A model generated the notes under the pieces. That model had not been told where the DNA came from and made no database searches. It saw nothing but the letters and a program-made list of their open reading frames with translations. This document shows, piece after piece, positions 37,630 through 48,408 of a stretch of 64,000 bases of DNA. Within the stretch, counting starts at the first letter, position 1, and each line of letters starts with the position of its first letter. The position numbers and the translations under genes are program-made. Source of the stretch: Podospora anserina (lineage: Eukaryota). The stretch lies in contig CM030337.1 in NCBI GenBank assembly GCA_017654855.1, forward strand, positions 2,046,001 to 2,110,000, written 5' to 3'.

Positions 37630-40600
37630 ATGGCGGACAAAGATAAACAGTACAAGTATCGTCAAGAGATACAGCAGGTTCGTTATGACTCTCTCTTTTG
37701 TTTGCTAGGTTGTATGACAAGTTGGGAAGTGGATGGAATGGACTGGGTGGGAAATGGAATGGGTTGATGGAGAAAGGACATCATGTGGGCATTGAGCATC
37801 GATTCAGGGACAAGAGCTGGATGCAGCAAGACGGCTTGACAGAGGGGATAGCCGGGCAGGGAATGCATAAAGCCAGATGATGTGACAAGTCACATTTGAA
37901 GGAGATAAAGAGATGGTACTCTCTGTCAACAGCGCGGTGAGAAATCTATTGGGAATGGGTATCTTATGACTTGGAAGATCTCTTGACTCTGGAGGGGTCT
38001 GTGGGGGGATGTCAGGAAAACTGGTGCTGGCCCCAACAGCTTTCATGTCTCTCACAGTGAAAGTCATCATGGGGGTGAAAACAGCTATACCGGTATTGCT
38101 CCCGGGCAGCGGCGGCGACGACATTCTGGGCCATGGCAACGGCAACGGCAACACTACATAAGTTCCCCATGTTTTGTTCTACTCACAAAATGACGCTTCC
38201 CTCAACCACTTTTCGACACGAGACCCAGAAGAAAAGACATCGAGATTGTCATAATGATCAGCACTTCTCCCTCCACACAGCCTGGTAAAAAGGGGCAGTC
38301 AGGTTGCCCACCCATGACGGAGCTGCCGCTCGCTCACCCTTCTTTGCCGACGCCAGGAAACTCGCGACTACCACCCCTGAACGCTCGACCTGGATGGAGA
38401 GCATCCGCTCCTGAGCGCCCTTCTCGCCGGACAGCACCGCCTGCGAACCCAACACACGGTCCCACCGTGAGCAAGATTCTTGCTCCCTCTTGGACTAATT
38501 TACAGGCAGAGCAGCCACAGCAAGAGGTGCGGCTACAAAAGACAGAAGAGGCACTGCTGCTTGAGAAGAGAGACCAGCTTCTTTGCTGGATCGAGCAGCT
38601 TGAGATTGAGATTGAACAGTGAAAACTGCCAACCTCGCCAAAGTCAAAATCTCAAGAGTCGCAGCCACAGGCCATTTCTCAAGAGAACCCATCGGAGTTA
38701 GTGCCAGAGCTGTCTTCCTTGCAGCCAGAGTTGAGAACTCAAGAGAGATCACCTGCACCAGAGTCGCAGCCCGCAGCCATTTCTGCGACTTTTCAGGAGC
38801 AACCATCAGAGTCGAAACCTCAAGACACATCACCACACTCTGAGTTGCAGCAAACAGTCAAAGAACTCGAGATCTCGAAACAAGAATTGCCAGTCTCACA
38901 GCCGGAGTCGACACTCCAAGAAATCTTGCTGCATCCTGTGCCAGAGTCGCAGCTGTCACCACAGGCACAAGGGGCGCAGCCAGAAATCATGCCACGAAAG
39001 ATACTGCCCAAAGAAACCCCAGAGTTATATACAGCCCATCAACTTCAACCAGTGCCGCCTCGTCAAGTACCAGAGGTGCAGCCACAGCTTGAGAAGCAGC
39101 CTGAGTCTGAAAGGCAACCCGAGCCAGAGCCGCAGCAGTTGCGACCCATTCCGATGCTTCAGTCAGAGCAACCTCGTGATTTTGCCCCCCATCGAGGAAA
39201 TGAGCAGGTCCAGCAGCAGAATGATGGCCAGTCCATGAAGGGGGCGACCCCCCCGACTCGACAGCAACAGGAAGATGACACCCCCATGTACTTTCAAGCC
39301 TCCCTTCACGAGCTCTATCCCGTCAGGCTTGTCAATCCGCGGTGCGCCAAATTCAAGAAAGTGTTTCAGAGGCCACACTTCTTCACCCCGTCCCCGAGTT
39401 ATGCAATCGGATACACTCCTGTGCCGCCACCGCAGCCCGGAGCTGCTACTGGTAGTACTGCTGTCAATGACTCCGCGCCCCCTGTCATTGACGTCCCGCG
39501 CTCTGCAGTCAAAGAAGCCATTGCCAGTCGTAACGACGTCTTCAAGGGAAACCCCGCGCTGTTTGACGAGGTCATGATGAATGGCCAACCACTTGACCTT
39601 AGTGGCTACGACCTTGAGCAGAATGAGGAAGGCACTGCCAATTTGATCCCGCTTAACCTTGACCCGGCTGCGTTTATGCTCAAGGATTTCCTCACTCGGC
39701 CTGATCCGATGGAAACGGGGAAGGGGAAAGAGGGGGGGACTGGACGGGAGGGGGAGAGGGAGGAGGTTGCTTTTGAGGTTGAAATTGATCCCAGCGACTG
39801 GATTGCTGACATTGTTACCAAGATGATGTACGTCTCTGGTGAGACGGGCGAGCCATCGGCCGAGACGACGGGGATTATCGAGGATATCGTGAGGCAGCAG
39901 GTTATTGAGATTGTGAGTTTGTGTCCATTCAATGTTTCTCCCGTCCGAACTAACCACCGTCCCAGCTCCGCAACTGCACCGAACTCGCCGCCCGCCGCGG
40001 CGCCCGCGCGATCACTATTAATGACCTGATTTTCCAAATCCGTGATGACGCCCCAAAGGTTTCCCGTCTGCGGACATTCCTCTCCTGGAAAGACGTCCGC
40101 AAAAACGTCAAGGATTCCGACGACAAGGGAGGAGAGGGTGATCTTGGTGCGGGTGAAGACCCCGTCGGTGGTGTAGTTCCCGGCGGGCCAGTCGACGACA
40201 CGGCCAAAAAGAACAAGAAAGCCAAAGTCGGCCTCCCCTGGGAACCATCGTCTTATTTCGCCGTTGAAGTCCCAGAGAGAGAAGACGAAGAAGACGAGGA
40301 GGAAGAGGAAATGAACCACATCACCCTCCAGCGCCTCCGCAAGGCAGACGAGCGGACCAAGGCCATGACGCGAGAGGAATACGTCACCTGGTCTGAGTTT
40401 CGCCAAGCATCGTTTACGTACCGCAAGGGAAAGAGATTTAGGGAATGGGCGGGTTTTGGGATCGTGACGGATAGCAAGCCGAGTGATGATATTGTGGATA
40501 TCTTGGGGTTTTTGACGTTTGAGATGGTGCAGACGCTGACGGAGGAGGCGTTGAAGATCAAGGAGAATGAGGACCAGCATAGGGAGAGGACGGGAGGGGG

Positions 40601-40808
40601 GGAGCAGGCGGCGGGGAATGCGGCGAAGAAGAGGAAGATGGGGGGGTTGGGTGGGGGGTTGTTTGATCCGCCTAGTGAGGGGAGGACGCCGGTTGAGCCG
40701 AGGCATATTCAGGAGGCTTTTAGGAGGCTGCAGGGACGGAGTAAGAAGAGCAGGGCTATGTTGAACGGGACGAGGATTCAGCAGAGGACGAATCTGAGGT
40801 TGTTTTAG
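37630..40808 (+). CDS. SPT3: SAGA complex subunit Spt3 (canonical isoform)
   Basis: Exon 1 37630-37677 ([16 protein letters not shown]); intron 37678-39822 (GTTCGT..GCTGAC..AAG); exon 2 39823-39912 ([30 protein letters not shown]); intron 39913-39965; exon 3 to TAG 40808 with [63 protein letters not shown]. Confidence 0.93.
38254..39822 (+). CDS. Reading frame nested in SPT3 intron 1, in frame with exon 2 (putative alternative N-terminus); one in-frame TGA at 38620-38622
   Basis: ORFs 38254-38622 and 38701-40029 share one frame and 38623-38700 is stop-free. P/Q/E/S-rich repeats preserve the frame, which runs through ..WIADIVTK into MMYVSGE. Confidence 0.6.
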
Positions 40809-43051
40809 GGGGAGGATGGGGGTGTTTTTGTGGGCTTTGGACGATACGGGGGAGGAAATCCTTGCGTTATGGTTTCCGCGGTGTCGTCTCTATGACTTGG
40901 AGGGGGGTTAATGGAAGATTGGATGGGTTGGACAGCGGAGGAAATTCTTGTGTTTTGGTATCCCTGCCACCTAGTAATGGAAGATGGGGGAGGTAGGATG
41001 AGGTATGGAGTTTTTCGTTGTAGCGTTACGTTGGGGGGTTTTGTACTTTTCACTATTTTATATGGAGTTTGGGGCATGGATAGAGTTTCGGGGAATGTTT
41101 CTGGGTTGATAATACCCTTGTTGTCTTGTTTACAAGACGTAGTTAGATGATTAAATAGATGCATTAACTTTATAAACTTTCTCGTGCTATGCTGAGGTAG
41201 ATATGAGATGGCTATGTTTGGATATTGGGAGGGTGTTATAGTGAATTTCGTCCGAGCTTGAGTTTTAAGATTTTCGTTTGCAAGCGCTACTGTATGGAAA
41301 CTCTTGAGGGCCTCTCATTCTCTTCAGCCATCTACTCTATTGCAAACCCTCTTCAGGCCTCTGCCAGCTTTGCCAGCTCACCGGCTCTATCCTCCATGCC
41401 CGCTCTGCCTTCAAGCATCACACCGCGCCGTTGCAGACAACGACCAGCATCCAATCAAGGGCAGCGAGCTCGGTACTCCTCTGGAGAAGCAACTGGCACA
41501 GTACAGATCCACGAGGATCGCTCGCTCGCAAGTGGTACAAGATAAGCTCACGGCTTGTTACGACCAGACCAGGAAACCATTTCTCTCACGCCGCCCCGTT
41601 CGCTCGCGAGCGCTGCCAGGCGTCCCATCAATATGCCCGGTTCACCTAATTACTATATGTAGCAGATCCGCGAGGATCACCAGCTCACAAGCGCTCCACG
41701 GGAAGCCAACAGCCATGTACTACAAAAATCCGCCACGCACAATCTCACAAGAGACAACCCGCAAAGATTGCCTGACCGGGTCTGGTCCAGGGAGTCACGA
41801 GATTGCACCACGGCTGCAATACCTCTGGACCAGGCGCCTTCCTCGTTCGCGAGCGCTGCTGACTTGAGGTGTCGCGAGCTTACCTTTTATATCCGTGCAG
41901 GATCTTCCCATGGAAATATGGGAGTCCGCAAGAATATTACGACAGCCCTCGAACCGGCGTCGACTGGCCCCTAAAATATCATCCCAATAAATACGTACCT
42001 ACCAGTGCCAGCGCCGGTACAGCCCCCATCACGTTGATGACCGGCGGCTCTCTGGTGGCGCTTCGAGGCGGAGTGTCCACCTGAAAGACGAGAAACAAAC
42101 TCAACAGCAACGAGTACATCGAAGGACAGGTTTAGGATCCCGTGTCCAGACGTATTACCGTGGTAAACCACCAGAGACAGCGTTGAACTCCCTGTCAGTC
42201 TTTCTATAACTCGTCGTGACTAGATGTGTGTGGGTGTGCAGGAGGAGGTATATGAGTTTTGCAATAGAGATGTGAGAGGACTGCCCACCTACCTTTGGTC
42301 AGCTGCAACGCCACATCCTCATCAGAGCTTTTGGCCTTGAGACCTATCATCTTCCTAATTCCTCTTGGCCAGTCCCCTTTTTGCAAATCTAGATAGGTGG
42401 TTATCTACCAAACTTTCGGTAAGAGTTGTCTAGGTTCTTGATCAAGACTTCTCCTAGCTTGAACAAAATGTCTACTAGTCGGCCCTATAGACTTCCCCCA
42501 TTCCAATTCCAGTAATAAACCGCCCATTTCCCCCTAATCTAAAAGCTCAAAATTCCACCCCCAAGTCTAACTCGTATTTACCCCAGCCCTAGATCCCTTC
42601 AACCCTCACCAGCCTAGTCCACACAACTTCAAATCTTCCAACTATAACTGTCCAGATCAATAATCCCCTCTAACAACCCACACGACTTCCCTTCCTTATC
42701 ACTATCAACCATTAGACCAACCGGGACAAATGGATAGCCACAAACTCAGTATACCCCCAAACGTTAGGTTAATCCCATCTTCCGCCCCACCATAACCTAT
42801 TGGACGGTGTTGCTGTTGATTTATTTCGAGTCTTGGGGGCATTTTTGATGGTTTTGTCACGGTGACATGGCAAGTTGGGTTGCTTTCATAGGGATTTCCG
42901 GAGGATTTCTGTTGAATCTGAAAATGCTTTCCATGGCTGTAAACATACACAAATTACATGCCTGTTTAGATTTGTTCTCAGTAATACACATACGTTACCA
43001 TCTATTTTGCTCAGTAAGCCCTTACACCCCTATCCAGTCCAGACCCTTCCA

Positions 43052-46000
43052 TCACCCAGCCCTCTGTTTCCCCTTCCCCCCCCTCAAAAACACCCTCCAA
43101 TCCACCTTCCCCCCCTCCTGCCACGTCCTCCCCTCAAATGCTCCCCCCAACCCACACAAATGCCTCATCGTCGGCCTCCCATGCGGACAATTCCACGGCT
43201 TCTCCATCCCCCCCATATTCCTCACCACCCTCTCCATCTGCCTCCCCGACAACGCCCTCCCAATCATGATACTACTCCTGCAAGCCCTCATGGCAAACAT
43301 CTTCCTCACCTTTGACGGTCTCGGGATCGTCGTAGCCGAACTGCTCGGGTTATCCCCCAGCAAAAAGATCAACTCCTCCAAATCCGTCAAATCAAACGTT
43401 GTCTCCCTCGACAAAGGTAGAGTGACGAGTTGACACCTCGATCCCACCGGGGAGTCCCCAGACGTGTCGACTGATACCACAAACCCGTTGCGCTCGAGAG
43501 AGACGAGGTTCTCGAGGATTATCTCCTCTTCTAGGGCGGTCAGAGTCAAGGGTTTGGGCTGGACAAGACGCTGGGATTGGACCGTGGTGGTGGATTGGAG
43601 GCGCTCAAAGTTGTATTTCTCGTCCGAGGCGTGTTGGTCGATTATGAAGAGCTCGTCGTCGTCGTCTGAGGGGGAGGAGGAACCCTCCCGGACGGCGAGG
43701 ATGAAGCCTAGGTTGAATTGGCCGATGATTTTCATTTTGGCAAAGTCAGTTTTGGTGATTTTTAGGGAGAGTTTCTCTTCGGGGTTGGCTGCGTCTAAGC
43801 CGTCGTCGTCTTGGGAGGGAGGTGGTTTGCTTTTCCGGGGTGGGAGGTGGTTTGAAAGGGAGATGATTTGCTGGCTAATCTCCATTTCGTTGGTTCTGAC
43901 CCTGTGGATGAGGTTGAGGGTCATGTCTTTCCGCTTTGGACGGCCTTTGAGGAGCATCTGGGAGCGCTTTTCGCTTTCTTCTGATGCTTCGGCAGCGGTG
44001 GCCTGGGCGGCGTCGATAAGGGCTTGTACCTTCTTTTCTTCTTGTGCCTTCTTTTCTTCCTCGTCGATGTACTCGTCGTCGGCTGAGTCATGGTCACAGC
44101 ATTCGTCTTGCTCGACAGAGGCTCTTGGGCTGTCTGCTTCTGAAGGCATCTCCTCATTCCCTTCATTGTCAGCCCGGAGGTCCTCCTCCTCCTCCTCCCC
44201 TTCTTCGTGAGAGGAACGAGGCATCTCAGGTTCTTCCATGTCCACATCATTATCCTCTCCTTGAGACACAAACAAGGACTCTTCGATGTCATCGTCCTGG
44301 CCCTCTGCCGATCCAGCGGCGTCCGAAGCTTCCTCATCCACCTCAATTTCCTCATCCTCAATGTCCACCTCTTCTGTAGTAATCTCGAGATCTTCTGTCG
44401 AGCCTCCCTTACTACTCGCCGCAGCAGAAAACATTTGAGTGAGACGTCCGCCAAAGGATGGCACAGGTGCGGTCTTCTTCCCGGCCTTAGCAGCGCCAAG
44501 CTTTTGGGAAGGCCTGGAAGGCTCCTCAATTCTTGATCGTTTCAGGGGACTCCTGATCACGCTCGTCACGGTGGAGTCGCCTATGGTGATCGTAGCCACT
44601 TCTTGAGTTGACCGTTTATACCGAGCTGGAGCGATGGGACTAGATCGTGGAGCTGCAGGTTGCGACGGTGGCGGAATCGCCGGAATTGAAGACTGTGGTG
44701 GCTCGTCTTCTGCATCTTCCATTGCGACCTCTGTCTCGTCTTTCTCTGGGTTCTCGACCATCTCAGAAGTTTCCTCTTCCTCTTCATCCTGATCATCGAC
44801 CGACGCTCGTCTCTGTGTAATCGATGAGTCTGATTCGGACGATTGATGTGACAGTGTGGCTGTCCTCCTGTTGCTTACAGAAGCAACAGAGACCGGTGTC
44901 TGTGAGCGAACAAGCGTCGGTTTCTTAAACGGCGTCTGCCTCAGCCCTCGGGCTTGGGATGTCGGAATGGTGACATCCTGCGTCTCGAAGAGTTCAATCA
45001 AGGACTCCCGCAGATTGTCAAGCATTTGACCTTGGTCGTGGAGCAAGATGGTGCGCTTGTCTGGACTGACATTGACATCGTAAAGATGAGTGTCGAGTTG
45101 AATGTCTGCAAAGATGAAAGGCAACTGTGAAGCATTGTAGGAGCGATACACCTCGTTGAAAACCTTGACAAACTGGGGTAGACCGCAAGGCCGCCCATTG
45201 ACGTAGAACATTTGACGATCTGGCGTTTGTCGGCCTTCACCAGGTGTCGGCCGGGAGACATGCCCGAGCACCCTAACCTCGGTATTGCTCCCGTCAGCTC
45301 TAGCTTTACCCTTCACGAGAGGACCGGCGGTAGGTGTGAGCTGCAGCTTGAGATCCATTGTGATCAAAGCATTCATCGTCTTGACGCCAAACACATTGAT
45401 GATATTCTCGCGTGTTGTGGGATTACCCTTGGTTGAGAACAGAACCATCCTCTTCCCTTTGGTGGGCTGCTGGGAAACGGTGAACTTGACGCCCGTTTGG
45501 ATGCAGGCATATTGGTTGAGCAGGCTGATAACCTTGCCCCATTCCCTCTTGATGTTTCTCTCCAGCTCACGACGGCGTACTGGGAGGTTGCGGAAGAGGT
45601 CCTCTACAATTACAGAAGTACCACGCTGGCCCGAAACAACGCTGGTGCTCTTAAGCTTCCCAGACATCTCGAACTCGAGCTTCGCTGCGCGAGGGACCTG
45701 CTCCTTGGTGCAAGTTATAACAGAGAATTTGGATAGTGCGCAGAGGGAGGACAATGCCTCCCCACGGAAGCCAAACGTCTGAAGTGTGGAGAGATCATCA
45801 TATGTTGAGAGCTTGGACGTGTAATGCTTTAGGGCGACTGATTGGTAGTTGTGTGGTGCAATTCCGGCTCCATTGTCTTGGACCTCGATGGAGTCAAGAC
45901 CTTGGTTTTTGAACCGTACCTCTGCAGCATGATTAGCATCCTTTACTGGAACAGGTCTGAACATATCTGAAGATATTTATTCGTACCGATGGTGGTTGCC

Positions 46001-46125
46001 CCGGCATCCACACTGTTCTCCACGAGCTCTTTGGTTACAGAGCACAAATCGACAATAACCTGACCAGCTTGGATCTGGTGGACTGCACTCGAGTCGATGG
46101 CCTTGATGGTGACGTTGGATGCCAT
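43052..46125 (-). CDS. PMS1: DNA mismatch repair MutL-alpha endonuclease subunit Pms1 (human PMS2 orthologue)
   Basis: ATG 46125; intron 45922-45986; GHKL motifs KELVENSVDAGA, VQDNGAGI, TFGFRGEALSSL; endonuclease motifs DQHASDEKYNFE, ACR and CPHGRP. Confidence 0.97.
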
Positions 46126-46318
46126 AGTATGTGATGATACCCTCCCGCCCTCAACAACGTCGGTTATTGTCTCACAAATACGGCCCAGTTGGGATAGGTA
46201 TCAGGTCATCTCATATTGGCGCTGATGTGTGTGTGTGATAGGGAGAGAGAGTGAGAGAGAGTGTGTGTTACTCCTGGTGTGTTACACCAGGAAAATCAAT
46301 TAAACTCGAGAAAGGAGG

Positions 46319-46329
46319 ACGCGACGCGT
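46319..46329. promoter_or_regulatory. Overlapping MCB-like elements (ACGCGA/ACGCGT) in the PMS1 promoter
   Basis: acgcgacgcgt about 195 bp upstream of the PMS1 ATG; MCB boxes are typical of G1/S DNA replication and repair genes in ascomycetes. Confidence 0.55.
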
Positions 46330-48408
46330 TCCTGCCTGCGGTGACACGCGCACTAGTAAATTAAGGCTGTCGTGTAACGCCCCCTACCAGAACACACGGT
46401 CAATACCGCCAATGTTACAATGCCATGAGTACTACACCGTAAACCCCCACGAACTGCCACATTGCTTGGACGTTAGCCGTGCCACGTCGGATCTCCTGCC
46501 TGGGCATTCGCTGGAAGCTTTCTTGAAGGAATTTAGCGCTAAAACTTTAAGCTTTCTCGACGTTTTGAACAGTCCAAAAGATTCAAGGGTCCAGATGTTA
46601 TGCAACACGACAGAAAATCCATGCAGAAACGACTCTCCTCTCTCGTCAGCACAGCCTGACTTGGCACATCTGTAGATGTTATTCTGTAAAAGACCGATCT
46701 CGGCACAAGGTAACAACGGCATCCCAATCCGTAGCCTTTAATGCAGGTCGGTTATTTCCAGATGACGTTATGCTTGGCCGCTGTGGTAGCCAATTGAGCA
46801 GCTCGGCATATCAACATTCTGAAGGGAGCATTGCAGCAAAAAGCGAAATCACTCCAGCCCGTTTCCAGGAATTGAACCCTGTCAACTTGTCAAGACATGT
46901 CCAGAACCAAGGTTTCTAACAGCCAAAGACTGCCGCGATAAGAAGAAAAGGGCCACCACCAGCACATGTGCATCGTCCACGAAAGATGCATACTGTAGGA
47001 GCTGTTGACCCACATGCTGCCAACATTTTTGTCGGTTTTCGGTGCAGAGTTCCGCCTTTTCTGGGACCAGCCGCTGTTGCAGAAGTTGAAAATCCTGAGG
47101 ATCGTCCATGTGAGAAACACAGCTGCCTTTTTCTGTTGGTTCCTATGTCGGAAGGATTGCGTATGGCTCGCCTGGGCGCATCGCCAGCAACTGGACTTTG
47201 TATCTCACCTCACCTGATCTCGGTATAGAGACATGTAACAAGGAGAATGGCCATGTAAACCAGCGAGGCCCACCGGATTGCCGCAAGCCAGCCACCTCGC
47301 GACGACCTGAAAAAAGTCCCGGTCAATAAAGCAACAGGTGTGAGGTGGTGCATGCTGCAGGAGGGAAATAATTCCCAGCTTTGGAGAGCTGGGTTGCAAC
47401 AGCTTGCCGCCCACTGCCGCTCTGGAGCTTATATTCCGCAGATTCCGCCCATCCCAGCCTCACCACCCCCAGCTTCAGGTTTCTCTTCTTCTTGGACGGA
47501 ATCAGGAAGCACTCGTTTATTCTGTCGCCTGAGACAAAGTCGCTCGTTCGCCATACCGTCAAACAAAAACACGCAGTAGATGTCACAGACGTCACCTGAA
47601 TCCTGGCACCGAAAACGTTTTGTGCCGATCCGGAAGAATCTGGGATCCCCTCGTTGCTCTCTCACACCCTGAACACCCTTATCAAGGGTTCTCGCGTTAT
47701 TGTTGGTTTCATCCGCCGTGCGACCTCTGCCTTGGACCCCACCGCCGCTGAGGATCATCATACGCCCTATGCGATATCCATATCTGTATTCACAGGGCAT
47801 TCCAATATTCGGACTCGAAGAGAAGACAGTGCTGGAGTGGAGGGTTGCTATCAACCTGAGGTGGAAATTCCCCATCCAAAAGAAGCCACTGCGGCACCTG
47901 CGTCGAATCATCTCGGCCCGTTTGGAGGCTGGTCGGAACGCTTGTTTCCAAGCCATAGGCGGCCAATAGCGGGCTGCAGCGCTGTGCACCTGCTAGCCTG
48001 CCACAGCCTAGCGCTGGGATTCAAGGGTGGGCTCCCCGAATCGAACCTGCATCGACCACCCAGAGCTCGTGGTTTTCACATCAATTTTGTTTTTTTTCTT
48101 TAATCTTGCCAGTTCAGAGGCTCGACGGCGATAGGGAACAAGCAGCTTGGTGATACTATTACGAGTAGATGCCCAGCCTCTGTCCGGCTCTAACTACCGT
48201 CCCCACCAAAACGAAAAAAAGTCTGCCAGCGCCGATTCATGCCCAGCGTTTTGTCGCTGTCGCTGTCGCGCCCCGTCAAAGTCCGTTCCCTCCCGCCTCC
48301 GTCTCCCTTGACCTCGAGCTGCCAAGGACCGCACCGCATCGAGAAGCGCAACCTGCCATAACGCACATCCCCAAAGGCAGGAGTCGTCCGCCAACCGACC
48401 CTGCTGGG

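Noticed and set aside
37678-38193. Full retention of SPT3 intron 1 as one edited reading frame
   Set aside because: Multiple TGA/TAG/TAA stops in this part of the frame (for example 37765, 37837, 38191).
39606-40706. 366-aa - strand ORF
   Set aside because: Antisense to SPT3; low-complexity mirror translation.
48016-48047. GGTTCGATTC T-loop-like motif on the - strand (possible tRNA)
   Set aside because: Flanks do not form a T-stem or cloverleaf.
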